Positions 16,951 to 26,490 of a stretch of 27,744 bases of DNA are shown one piece after another. A program made the position numbers and the translations under genes. The first letter of the stretch is position 1; every line of letters begins with the position of its first letter. Location of the stretch: the NCBI GenBank assembly GCA_038886995.1, contig JAWALG010000010.1, positions 1-27,744 of the forward strand, given 5' to 3'. The stretch is from Candidatus Iainarchaeum sp. GTDB lineage: Archaea; Iainarchaeota; Iainarchaeia; Iainarchaeales; DTGL01. The notes below the pieces were generated by a model. That model did no database searches, was not told where the DNA came from, and saw nothing but the letters and a program-made list of their open reading frames with translations.

Positions 16951-17916
16951 TTACTTTAGCAGCATTTTGGTTGTGCCGAGTGCTAGGCCACCAACAAATA
17001 CAATATCACGTAAGGTTAGGAAAATCGGCGAAACTATCCCGACAGCGAAATCACGCCTCAATGCAAAAATTATAAACGGGAGCATAGAAGCAAACATGGC
17101 TAGAAATGACGCAATTGAAAGAAACAGAAATCCGCTTTCTACCAAAGAAAAAACGCCAAAAAGTACTGCAAGCCCCAAAAAAACAATTTGTGCTTTAAGG
17201 GTCTGTGGCGTATATGAGTCCTTTATTGCTTTATCTTTATGTAGCTTGTAAAGAAGTATGCGCCAATATGCATGCTGGAATTTCTTCTTAAGGTATGCTG
17301 AAAGCTTTTCAGGATGCGTGTGGTAAACAATTGCATTTGGATTAAAAACAATCTTCCCACCTTTTTTATGTATCCTGTAAGAAAGCTCAGGGTCTTCGCC
17401 GCTTGCTTTCTTGAAGCGCTCATCAAAGCCGCCCTCTCTCATAAATATTTCTTTTCTGTAGGCAGCGCTGTATGTGCCAATCCAGTCAACCTCTTTTGAG
17501 GATAACATTCTTGAGTAGCGCTCTTCAATCTCAACCTGCACAAACCTTGCTAAAATTGACTTTTGTTTTGTCTTATATGCACCTTGCACTGCAGCAACTT
17601 TTGGGTCTTCAAAAGGCCTTAGCATCTCCTCAAGCCAGTTGCTTTCGGCAATGCAGTCAGAATCAATAAAAAGCACTATTTTGCCTTTTGCCTTTTCTGC
17701 GCCATTGTTTCTTGCCTTTGCCGGGCCGCTCGGCGCTTGTTTTATCAATTTCACGCCTTTAAACTTTTTGACAATTTCTCCAGTTTTGTCATTGCTACCA
17801 TCATCTACAACAATTATCTCATACGGCTTTTTAACTTTCTGTTTCAGCAAGGCATCTAAACAGGAAGTAATGTGGTTTGCACCGTTCCTTACAGGTATTA
17901 CAATGCTTGCATACAT
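16951..17916 (-). CDS. Glycosyltransferase family 2 with C-terminal membrane helices
   Basis: SIVIPVRN, IIVVDDGSND, GPAKARNNG, FIDSD, GGFDE and GEDPEL, with a hydrophobic C-terminus. ATG at 17916. Confidence 0.92.
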   Translation of the reverse strand: MYASIVIPVRNGANHITSCLDALLKQKVKKPYEIIVVDDGSNDKTGEIVKKFKGVKLIKQAPSGPAKARNNGAEKAKGKIVLFIDSDCIAESNWLEEMLRPFEDPKVAAVQGAYKTKQKSILARFVQVEIEERYSRMLSSKEVDWIGTYSAAYRKEIFMREGGFDERFKKASGEDPELSYRIHKKGGKIVFNPNAIVYHTHPEKLSAYLKKKFQHAYWRILLYKLHKDKAIKDSYTPQTLKAQIVFLGLAVLFGVFSLVESGFLFLSIASFLAMFASMLPFIIFALRRDFAVGIVSPIFLTLRDIVFVGGLALGTTKMLLK

Positions 17917-18008
17917 CCTTAACCCTAATATCAAGTTAACAATGATTATATTATTATTTCCTAAGTTGTTAACAAAAGATATAAAAAAGCCAACTTCGTT
18001 TGGTAATT

Positions 18009-18512
18009 ATGCGCAGAAGGAGGCAGATAAGGCGACAGTTAGCACAAAAACAGCCACAACCCCAGCAAAATTTTAGCATTATAAAAAAAAGAAAATTGGC
18101 TGCAAAAGCTGGATTTTTGGTAAAATCACTTGCCGCAAAGCTTTTAGACCCACAAGTCATAAGGGACCAAAAAAGATGGAATTCAGCTTTTGATGCCTAC
18201 GTTGAAACAACCATTGCGATCGGCGCACTCAGGCATTTCAATTCTCTGATTTCTGAACTGAGAGGTTTGAAGAACCTTGATGTCTTAAGGAGTACTGAAC
18301 ACCCTAAAAGAATTGAAATTGCTTTGGAGCATCTAGAAAAATTGCAACCCTTTGTGCAACAAGTAGCTCTAGCAGAAGGTTTAACAGAGCCAAGAAAGAG
18401 ATTTGCAGCTAAGCTAAATGCAATACATGGTCTAAACTCAGAGATGCAAATGGCAGACCCAGAGATGCGAAAATTCTTGGAGATTCTTCTTCTCAGGGCT
18501 CAGAAGATTTAG
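18009..18512 (+). CDS. Hypothetical helical protein with Arg/Lys-rich N-terminus
   Basis: Fills the gap between GT2 and the radical SAM gene on the opposite strand. CAAAAGATATAAAAA BRE/TATA-like element upstream. ATG at 18009. No recognisable domain. Confidence 0.6.
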   Translation: MRRRRQIRRQLAQKQPQPQQNFSIIKKRKLAAKAGFLVKSLAAKLLDPQVIRDQKRWNSAFDAYVETTIAIGALRHFNSLISELRGLKNLDVLRSTEHPKRIEIALEHLEKLQPFVQQVALAEGLTEPRKRFAAKLNAIHGLNSEMQMADPEMRKFLEILLLRAQKI

Positions 18513-19953
18513 GCCTTTTTCCAAGGTATTTTAAAAATGTTTTTCCAGCTTTAGCAATTCGTGGTATTTCATTTGGGTTCATTAGGCCTTTTGCAATGGT
18601 TTTTGCTATGAATTTAGGCCTCATATAAAACTCCCTTCTGCCTCTGTCACACCATTCTACAAGCTCTTCGCTGCTAAGCCCAGGCCTAGAAACAACGCAA
18701 TTGTGTTCGCCCGACTCTGAAACCCACTTCGAGTAGTCCTCTGTTGTAAGGAAACCCGCCTTCTTGTAATACTCATAGTCCTCAGTGCCAGGATAGATCA
18801 TTATTGGGAAAAATTGCGCAGTATCGGGATCAAGCTCTTTTGCAAACTCAATAGTTTTCCTTATTGTTTCTTTAGTTTCACCGCGGTTGCCCAAGATAAA
18901 ACAGCCGTGAACTAAAAGCCCTGCTTTTTTAGCATCTTGCATAAACTTCCTTATTCCGCTAACAGTCGTCCCTTTATGTATTTCATTAAGTATTTTTTGT
19001 TCAGCACTTTCTATGCCTACGCACAGAAGCCTGCAACCGGCTTTCTTCATTGCTTTCAGCGTCTCAAGGTCTACATCTGCCCTAGCATTGCAAGACCATG
19101 TAAAGTCAATGCCTTCTTTCAGGACAGCTTCGCAAAATGCCCTTACACGGTGTCTGTTAGCTGTGAAGGTGTCATCCTCAAAGAAAATTTCCTTTGCTTC
19201 AGGGAAATTTTCCCTTATGTACTTTACCTCCTCAACAACATTTTCTATGCTTCTTGTCCTGTAGGCACGGCCATTCATTACCTGTGGATAAACACAAAAG
19301 GTGCATCTGTATGGGCAGCCCCTGCCAGAAACAATTGTCACTTCAGGGTATAAGTTTGCAGGATAAAAATAGTTCCTTATGTCTAAATGCTTCTTGTAAG
19401 TTTTTGAGACAAAAGGAATCTCATCGAGGTTTTCAATGAAAGGCATATCCTCATTGTGGATAATCTTGCCATCTTTTGCATAAGAGAGGCCTTTTACTTT
19501 TTTAAGGTCAGGCCTTTTCTTTTCCAGTTCTGCGGCAAGGTCCCTCACTATGTAATCATATTCATGCCTTGCAACAGCATCTATGCTTTGACTCTGCTTT
19601 AATGTCCATTCAGGCAATGCACTGACATGTGTACCAACAAGGCACACAAAGCAGCCAGTTGCATTTTTCAATTCCGAAGCAACTTTTATGTCGTTTATTA
19701 TGCTGGGTGTGCTCGTATCTATTATCGTAAGCCCTGGTTTGAACTTTCTTGAAATATCCAAAACTTCTTCAATTACCTTGTTTTCAGCTGGTGCGTCTAT
19801 TAGCTTTACCTTATGCCCATCTTTCTCAAGAACACCTGTTGCATAGGCAAGCCATATTGGGTAATAAACGCAACCGCCTTTGCTAACAGCTGGACTCCTT
19901 GAGGTTCTTGAAAACCTTGGTTTGAACGGCGGATTAAGTACCAAAATTTTCAA
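18493..19953 (-). CDS. Cobalamin-binding radical SAM protein, HpnJ-like
   Basis: RGCPYRCTFC (CX3CX2C), FFEDDTFT, GIESAEQ.IL and PGT motifs. The N-terminal B12-binding domain has LNPP...R.P......YYPIWLAY and TSTPS, recalled from the HpnJ group. TTG start. Confidence 0.88.
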   Translation of the reverse strand: MKILVLNPPFKPRFSRTSRSPAVSKGGCVYYPIWLAYATGVLEKDGHKVKLIDAPAENKVIEEVLDISRKFKPGLTIIDTSTPSIINDIKVASELKNATGCFVCLVGTHVSALPEWTLKQSQSIDAVARHEYDYIVRDLAAELEKKRPDLKKVKGLSYAKDGKIIHNEDMPFIENLDEIPFVSKTYKKHLDIRNYFYPANLYPEVTIVSGRGCPYRCTFCVYPQVMNGRAYRTRSIENVVEEVKYIRENFPEAKEIFFEDDTFTANRHRVRAFCEAVLKEGIDFTWSCNARADVDLETLKAMKKAGCRLLCVGIESAEQKILNEIHKGTTVSGIRKFMQDAKKAGLLVHGCFILGNRGETKETIRKTIEFAKELDPDTAQFFPIMIYPGTEDYEYYKKAGFLTTEDYSKWVSESGEHNCVVSRPGLSSEELVEWCDRGRREFYMRPKFIAKTIAKGLMNPNEIPRIAKAGKTFLKYLGKRPKSSEP

Positions 19954-20018
19954 TATTATGCCCCCAAGTCCACAATAAATTAAAATAAAGATAGTTGTAA
20001 TTTAATAAGTTTTTGTTT

Positions 20019-20858
20019 TTATCTTTTCATTTTCCGCCTTCTTAATTTTCTCCTGAGGGAGAAATAGCCGATTGCAAGAAGCCCAGCCATTATGACAATA
20101 ACAAGGAAGATTATCAATAGGCCTGTATCAAAATATGATGCACTAGCAGGAGTGCCAGCTTTCCTAGCAGGTCTTTCCTCAAGCACTTTAATTTGCTGCC
20201 CTAGCGCACCTACTTCAATCTGCCTTATCTGGCTTTTGTAGCCAGGCATCTGCGCAGTTGCTTTTATCAAATATGCGCCTACAGATTCAATCTTTATTTC
20301 ACCAGGAAGTTTTATCCTCCTTGTTTCACCATTGGGAGCAACTATTTCTGCGTTAACTTCTATACCTTCAACATCTGAAGAGTAGCATAAAAAGGCAGTT
20401 TCGCCTTTCAAGAAAAGGCCTTTTCTTTCTTTGCAGTTTCTGTCTGCGCAAGAATAGACCTCAAATTGCATCTGTTTTAGTGTCCCGTAAACCTCAAAGC
20501 TTGTTTTTGATTGGGCTGCTTCAACTCCATCTTTGAGCACTTTGGACACAACTTCGTACTTCCCTGGCGGCATAGTTTCCAAAACATTCAACTTGAATAC
20601 CAGGTCTCTTTCTTCAAAAGCGCCAAAATTATGGCCACCCCTCAAAGCTATTGGGGAGAAAGTTAATGCATCGTTGTAGACAAAGGTTTCAACAATGAGG
20701 ATCTGATTTGAATCAAGATCGTTTTTAACAGTATTTGTTATTATTATCTCATCGCTTGCAGTGTATCTTTCCATATTTGTAGTTACAGTTATCTGTTGAG
20801 CATAGCAACTGAGCATAATGGCAACCAAAGAAAAAAGGACTATCTTTATTTTCATCAT
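20019..20858 (-). CDS. Cell-surface protein with signal peptide, Ig-like beta domains and C-terminal membrane anchor
   Basis: N-terminal signal peptide, PPGKYEV-type Ig strand, C-terminal TM helix and RRKLRRRKMKR tail. ATGA overlap with the upstream protease gene. Confidence 0.8.
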   Translation of the reverse strand: MMKIKIVLFSLVAIMLSCYAQQITVTTNMERYTASDEIIITNTVKNDLDSNQILIVETFVYNDALTFSPIALRGGHNFGAFEERDLVFKLNVLETMPPGKYEVVSKVLKDGVEAAQSKTSFEVYGTLKQMQFEVYSCADRNCKERKGLFLKGETAFLCYSSDVEGIEVNAEIVAPNGETRRIKLPGEIKIESVGAYLIKATAQMPGYKSQIRQIEVGALGQQIKVLEERPARKAGTPASASYFDTGLLIIFLVIVIMAGLLAIGYFSLRRKLRRRKMKR

Positions 20859-23200
20859 CTCACCTTAAAGTTAGGTACCAAAGCAGGATCCCCCAAAAGT
20901 ATGAAATAGTCTTTATAACTGCATAAATCTATCCAGCACACGCCAGCCATACAACATTCTTCAGTACATTTGTCAAGAGCAGAATTTACTTCTCCCAAGG
21001 ACTTTTTAGTCCAAACCCTCCCACCCTTTGAAATTTGCTCTATGAAGTATTCGCTTGTAGTGTTATAAGAATAACCAGAAATGCAAGCTGGGCTATGTGA
21101 GATTCCGGCTGCAGCAAAGTAGGCTATTGCACCGTATCTTATCCAGTTTGGCCCCATTGTGCTTGTTAGCCCCTGCCAGAAATTGTTTGTAAGGCATGCA
21201 TCGCCAAATACAACAGGCGCCTCTAAGTAATATTCGTTGTTAACCCCAGGTATCTCAAAAAAGGCCAAGGTGCTGCTCCAATCAGCTATGGAGCCATGGT
21301 TTGCAAACACTATCAAGTTCTTGTTAAGATAAGTTTCAATAGTTGGCTTCGTATCCTTAACGCAACCAGTTTTGCCACTGCCAATGTAGCAGTTCACATC
21401 ATAATTGGGCGACGCTTTTAGCCGATCTACGCTTTCAGAAATGCCACCTTCAGCTGCTGAGATTGAATGCGATATAAGAAGTGTTGGAAGTTTTGGCCTC
21501 TCCTTTACAATTTCATCATAAAAGATTGACCTTGCAATGTACGCAGAGGTGTCAGTCACGGTTAGGCCGTATATCCTGCCAAGAGCTCCATATTCCCTAT
21601 CCATCTGTGCCCTTTTTTGCGCACTGCCAGAACAGCCGGTGTAATATGAATCAGGAATGTAGGGCGGCGAAGCTATTAGGGTGAAAGGCAACATATAACG
21701 AGTTCTCTCTTTTACAGTATCGGTGATTCCCTTCAAATACCGGTGATTTGGATAATCAGTGCTTCCGCATGCATCATCATATGCCATAACAGGGATATCG
21801 CTAAATGTCTCAAGCACACCATTCCTCGCGACAGCATAGACTGGTGCAGCAAGTGAATTCCTCCAGAAAGCGCTAACTTTTAAATAGCTAGCAACCCTTG
21901 GCCTGAAATTGAAGTCAAAACTGTCGGGCTTGTTAAAGTCAGTCGTTGCCGCAAGCACATTCTTTGGCCCTGCCGAGAGCTGATCAATTGCATAAGGACT
22001 TTCATATTCTATGCCAACGTATGCATTAAAAAATGAGCCAAGTTCCTTTGCATACGCCTGTATCCTTCTTACCTCAGCTGGATTTATGTTGCCCGCTATA
22101 TGGACAATTTTTCCGTTTATGTCATCTAATGAATAATGCCCTGAAAAATAAAGCGGCATGTTTGCCTTTGCAGCAAACACTGCACAATGCAGGGCTGCTT
22201 CGTAGTTATCTTCACACACCAAAACACTGTTTATTTCCGAAAAATAATGCTTGTATACATCTGAGATTGCTCTTGAGTCAAAAAATCTTATCTTGGCATT
22301 TGGGTTTCTATCAAACCAGTTTAAATTGTCAGAAAGGCTACGGCTTCTGCTTTGTAGGGCGTTATGTGGATCTATAAGCCAAAAATACAATTCATCATCT
22401 AAATACTGATGTAGGTTTTCATCGCCGACAAACACAGTGACATTTTTTGCTTTGTATTGGTTTATAAAAACAATTGCTGAGTCCAAATCAAAGCCGCCTT
22501 GGTAAGGACCATTATTATCCTCATGATGGAATATTATGAATGGCACTGCTGTCTTTATAGCTGTGTCTTCAAAATAGCAGCTTCGCCCTATAACCGGTGG
22601 GAAGAAGTCAGGTGTTTCTTCACATTCTGTGCCAAGGGCAACTGGCAGCAATGATAAAACATTTCGCCAGTCCTGGTCTGAAACTAAGAATACTTCGCGC
22701 TTTCTGTAAGCAGCAGTGTTTCTATCGTTTTTCATTTTTATTGGTGCTGGTTTAAAGAATACTAAATTAAAATCCCTTTGCGAAAAATTGCATGCACGGT
22801 CATATGCAGAGACCCTCAACTTAATTTCATACTTGTAATAATTGGCATCAGACCTTGGAATATGAAAGCTGCATCTATCTGCTTCACATGTTTGTGCAAT
22901 AGTTTCATTTATAGGGTGCTCATACTTTTCGCATATCTCGATGTCATGCCCTTCATACCTTTCGGTTCTGCAATGGCCAACGCCCCTGACTATCTTTGAC
23001 AACTCACCAGAAATTTCAAGCTTAGCTATGCTGCTCGTATCAGACGCAATTGCTGTAATTGTTATCTCATCCTCAGTTGTTGCTGATTCTGGGCTAACTG
23101 AAATATCTACGGCTGGCGCTTGTTGGTCTCTCGGCACGAACACAAAGTCAGCATTTGTTTCAGAAGGCACACTAACCTTTCTAGCGCCACCCTGTGTCAT
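20855..23200 (-). CDS. C-terminal fragment: Ig-like domain + peptidase C25 (gingipain)-like cysteine protease domain
   Basis: Caspase/gingipain-fold dyad FANHGS ... GDACLT, plus GRIYG, GAIAYF and terminal FILLGDPAL. Confidence 0.7.
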   Translation of the reverse strand: MTQGGARKVSVPSETNADFVFVPRDQQAPAVDISVSPESATTEDEITITAIASDTSSIAKLEISGELSKIVRGVGHCRTERYEGHDIEICEKYEHPINETIAQTCEADRCSFHIPRSDANYYKYEIKLRVSAYDRACNFSQRDFNLVFFKPAPIKMKNDRNTAAYRKREVFLVSDQDWRNVLSLLPVALGTECEETPDFFPPVIGRSCYFEDTAIKTAVPFIIFHHEDNNGPYQGGFDLDSAIVFINQYKAKNVTVFVGDENLHQYLDDELYFWLIDPHNALQSRSRSLSDNLNWFDRNPNAKIRFFDSRAISDVYKHYFSEINSVLVCEDNYEAALHCAVFAAKANMPLYFSGHYSLDDINGKIVHIAGNINPAEVRRIQAYAKELGSFFNAYVGIEYESPYAIDQLSAGPKNVLAATTDFNKPDSFDFNFRPRVASYLKVSAFWRNSLAAPVYAVARNGVLETFSDIPVMAYDDACGSTDYPNHRYLKGITDTVKERTRYMLPFTLIASPPYIPDSYYTGCSGSAQKRAQMDREYGALGRIYGLTVTDTSAYIARSIFYDEIVKERPKLPTLLISHSISAAEGGISESVDRLKASPNYDVNCYIGSGKTGCVKDTKPTIETYLNKNLIVFANHGSIADWSSTLAFFEIPGVNNEYYLEAPVVFGDACLTNNFWQGLTSTMGPNWIRYGAIAYFAAAGISHSPACISGYSYNTTSEYFIEQISKGGRVWTKKSLGEVNSALDKCTEECCMAGVCWIDLCSYKDYFILLGDPALVPNFKVR

Positions 23201-23320
23201 TTCTCTGTTGAAGAAAGTGCCCTGTGGCTCGCAAAAGGAAGCAAAGCTCTGTAAGACCGGAGTTACGAGAAAGTCGCCGCTACAAAGGTTTTCAAAAATG
23301 TAACTATTATGAGATCCAAT

Positions 23321-24163
23321 TTATGCATACGTTGTTGTTGAGCCCGACTTGCAAACCCATTTGCTGCTGCCAAGCTCAGGCCTCATTGGCAAAAATTCAG
23401 CTTCGCAGAGTGACATCTTAAGGGCTTCTCTTGGAAAAGGAAAATCAAGTATTTTTCCGCTTATTGAGTTGAAACAGCCAGATACTGCTGGTGTAGGCCT
23501 TGTGAATATAACTTTCACTTGAAGGCTTTTGAGGACACTGCTGTCAAAATTTCCTGAATTGTCTTCGGCTTCTGCATAATAGCTTATGCTGCCAGCAGCG
23601 TAGGGGCCACCCTCAAAAGTACAATAATAAAACTCACCTTCTTTATCAATTGTGCGTGAAATCATTTTCCCATAGCAGGTTTTTTCTTTTGAACCATTTA
23701 CAAATATTGAAATGCTAGCGATTCCATTTGCATCCCGTGCTTTTGCAGTAAATGTTACATTTGTTGATGTGTTGGCATCCAAAGGCGTATGCTGAACTGA
23801 CACGCTTGGCGGAGTTTTGTCTTTCACTGGCAATGTATCAGGGCAGCCATCGTTGTCCAGGTAGCCGTTGAATGTCTCTTTTTGTTCTGGGCATTGGTCA
23901 TTTTCGTCTTTTATGCCGTCGCCATCTGTGTCAACTGCGAGGGTTGGTGATGGGAGTTCTGCGCATTTTAACCCAGTGGAATCACAACCAGCGGGGCATT
24001 TCTCTTGTTTGTAAACGCAGGTTTCCTCTTGCCCAATATAGCCGCCATAATATCTTATGTTGTCTTTGCAGTAATCAGGGCAGTATGAAAAAAAGCAAGC
24101 ATGCCAGTCTTTAGGGCCTTCTTTTGCAATTATTAGCGGTTTTTGCATAAATGTTCCTTGCAC
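23321..24163 (-). CDS. Middle fragment: Cys-rich segment, thrombospondin type-3-like Ca-binding repeat and Ig-like domain
   Basis: DTDGDGIKDENDQCP...NGYLDNDGCPD, then DKTPPSVSV...VTFTAKARDANGIASISIFVNG...YYAEAEDNSGN. The frame is open upstream to about 24343. Confidence 0.6.
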   Translation of the reverse strand: MQGTFMQKPLIIAKEGPKDWHACFFSYCPDYCKDNIRYYGGYIGQEETCVYKQEKCPAGCDSTGLKCAELPSPTLAVDTDGDGIKDENDQCPEQKETFNGYLDNDGCPDTLPVKDKTPPSVSVQHTPLDANTSTNVTFTAKARDANGIASISIFVNGSKEKTCYGKMISRTIDKEGEFYYCTFEGGPYAAGSISYYAEAEDNSGNFDSSVLKSLQVKVIFTRPTPAVSGCFNSISGKILDFPFPREALKMSLCEAEFLPMRPELGSSKWVCKSGSTTTYA

Positions 24164-24654
24164 CCATATCTCATAGGATGGATAAAACTCCCAAAGGCCC
24201 CTGCGCTCCTTTTCTATTTTTGTGGTGGCGTTGAACTTTAAGGTGGAATCTGGTTTCAGTATCGTATTGCCATTGGTGAAGCCAAAGTCAAGTTTTTCTC
24301 CACTGGGGTCATGAGTTGCAACGAAAATCCCTTTTGAAGTTAGGTTATGTCTTCTTTACCAGCATTCTTAATATTAAAGCTGACAGAAACAGTATAGCCA
24401 TCGCTCGAGGATTGGCCACTTACAGATAGATTGCTTAGCTCAAGATTGTCAGCGGATAAATCAGGGCCCGCAAAGACAGGGCAGATAATTTCTGATCTTA
24501 CAGGCAATGTACATAGGAATAGGAGAAATGTTATTGCATAAAAAATTCTGAATTTTTTCTCTATTGTAAAACCTCCGCTTATGTAACATTCCTAAACAGC
24601 TTTTTTTAAACCTTGTTGCGCAAAAAATATTTGTTGCAATTTAAGGTGCAATTT

Positions 24655-25275
24655 ATGAAAAACCTTTTTTATGATTTGATTGCTTTGCTTTATTTTCTCA
24701 TCATCCTCGGCTTAATAGTTGCAAACCTTGACCTTTTCATAGCGCTTACCAATGCTTATCCTTTGCCAATGGGGTTTTTGAAATTTGCTGCGCTTGCCAC
24801 CTTTGGCGAAATGCTTAAAGTGCGCATAGCAACAAAAAAATGGGACCTCAAGGATTGGCACTTGAAGCTTATTGTCTGGGGTCTTTTTGGAATGTGGTTT
24901 GCAATTGTTTTTCCGCTTTTTTATGCTGGTGTCAATGCAATAATTTCAAAAGGTCTTTGGCCCGATTTCGGGCCAATATTCACCGCTTTTTCAGTAAGCT
25001 TGTGGATGAATCTGCTTGCGCTCTACGCATGGCCGATGATGTTGCTTCACGAATATTTTAACAAGGTTATTGAAAAGAAGAGGTTCTTTCCTTTGGTGCA
25101 GTTTGCTGAGGAACTGGATAAGAAGGCCTGGTTTAGGGTTATTCCACTCACCATAATATTATTCTGGCTACCTGCGCACACAGTAACATTTATGCTACCT
25201 GAACACTTCCGCGTGCTTATGGCTGCCTTGCTTTCAGTTGCTCTTGGTTTTTTCTTAACAATAAGAAAGAAATAA
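24655..25275 (+). CDS. Mpv17/PMP22-like membrane protein
   Basis: KFAALATFGE and C-terminal FWLPAHTVTFMLPEHFRVL resemble the Mpv17/PMP22 W-x-P-x-Q-x2-NF-x3-P-x3-R pattern. AAGGTG SD precedes ATG 24655. Confidence 0.7.
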   Translation: MKNLFYDLIALLYFLIILGLIVANLDLFIALTNAYPLPMGFLKFAALATFGEMLKVRIATKKWDLKDWHLKLIVWGLFGMWFAIVFPLFYAGVNAIISKGLWPDFGPIFTAFSVSLWMNLLALYAWPMMLLHEYFNKVIEKKRFFPLVQFAEELDKKAWFRVIPLTIILFWLPAHTVTFMLPEHFRVLMAALLSVALGFFLTIRKK

Positions 25276-25313
25276 AAGATTAATTTCCAAAACTTTTATA
25301 TCTTCTTGCAGAG

Positions 25314-26489
25314 GTGTTTTCAATAGCAATTGCCCGTTACATCGAAGAAGCAGAAAAAGATAGCTCCTGGATAAGGCGCATGTTTGAACAAGGGCTGAAG
25401 CTTAAGCAGAAATATGGTGCAGAAAATGTTGCTGATTTTTCAATAGGAAATCCAGACCTTGAGCCCCCTGTTGAGTTTATAGAGGCACTAAGGAGACACG
25501 CTTCTGATAAAGGTCTTCATAGATATATGCCTAACGCTGGTTTTGCTGATGTAAGAGAAAAAGTAGCGGCCTGGCTCCAAAAAGAGTATGGGATTGACTT
25601 TTCCTATGAGCACATAACTATGACTGTTGGAGCAGCAGGCGCTATGAACATTGTTCTCAAAACCATACTAAACCCTGGCGAAGAAGTAATAATTTTCGAG
25701 CCATATTTTTGCGAGTATAAATTTTATGCTGAAAACCACGGTGGAAAGCCAATTGTTGTTGAAACAAAAGATGACTTTGCATTCGATTTTGAAGCGCTTA
25801 ATGAAAAAATAAGCAAAAAGACAAGAGCTGTTATTGTGAACTCCCCAAACAATCCAACGGGCAAAGTTTACAAAGAGCGTGAGCTTAAAGAGCTTGCTAA
25901 GTTTCTTGAAGACAAGCAAGAAGAACTTGGCTCAGCAATCTATGTTCTATCCGATGAGCCATATAGGGAAATTGTTTTTGATTGCAAGGTACCAAGCATA
26001 ACCAAACATTATAACAATTCATTTATGGTATACTCATGGTCAAAGTCATTGGGTGTTGCTGGCGAGCGCATCGGCTATGTTGCAACCAATCCTGAAGTAG
26101 ATGACAAGAGGATACTTGAAAAGTTAGCATTCTCTACAAGGATACTTGGCTTTGTAAATGCTCCGGCACTGCTACAGAAAGCCGTCGCTGATTTACTTGA
26201 TGTTAAAGTTGATGTAAATATTTATAAGAGGCGCAAGGAGCTTATAAGCAAGGGTCTTAAGAAAGCCGGCTATGAATTTTACGAACCGCAAGGTACTTTC
26301 TACTTCTTCCCGAAAAGCCCGATCCCAGATGAGATAAAATTTATAGAAAAGGCCTCAGAGAAGCTGGTTCTTCTTACGCCAGGTCGTGGCTTTGGAAGAA
26401 ATGGCTATTTTAGGATTTCCTACACTGTTAATGAGAGAACCATTGAAGTTGGCCTTGAGCGCATGCGTGAGCTTATTAGCGGTGTTTAG
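25314..26489 (+). CDS. PLP-dependent class I/II (aspartate/aromatic) aminotransferase
   Basis: SSWIRRMFE.G..LK..YG.ENV.DFSIGNP, VNSPNNPTG, SDEPY and SWSKSLGVAGERIGY. The true start may be ATA 25323 rather than GTG 25314. Confidence 0.9.
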   Translation: MFSIAIARYIEEAEKDSSWIRRMFEQGLKLKQKYGAENVADFSIGNPDLEPPVEFIEALRRHASDKGLHRYMPNAGFADVREKVAAWLQKEYGIDFSYEHITMTVGAAGAMNIVLKTILNPGEEVIIFEPYFCEYKFYAENHGGKPIVVETKDDFAFDFEALNEKISKKTRAVIVNSPNNPTGKVYKERELKELAKFLEDKQEELGSAIYVLSDEPYREIVFDCKVPSITKHYNNSFMVYSWSKSLGVAGERIGYVATNPEVDDKRILEKLAFSTRILGFVNAPALLQKAVADLLDVKVDVNIYKRRKELISKGLKKAGYEFYEPQGTFYFFPKSPIPDEIKFIEKASEKLVLLTPGRGFGRNGYFRISYTVNERTIEVGLERMRELISGV

Positions 26490-26490
26490 A

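Larger units (their letters stand above)
20855..24564 (-). pseudogene. Disrupted large secreted gingipain-like (peptidase C25) surface protein, ~1236 aa if repaired
   Basis: SD GGAGGT (24571-24576) is followed by ATA 24564 and a signal peptide. The frame stops at TAA 24340-24342 but continues in the -1 frame into ORF 23321..24163. That ORF ends at TAA 23321-23323, in frame with and otherwise open into ORF 20855..23200. Confidence 0.75.

Noticed and set aside
23321-23323. In-frame stop as selenocysteine/pyrrolysine or genetic-code reassignment
   Set aside because: The codon is TAA, which ends many clear genes in this window. Sec uses TGA and Pyl uses TAG.
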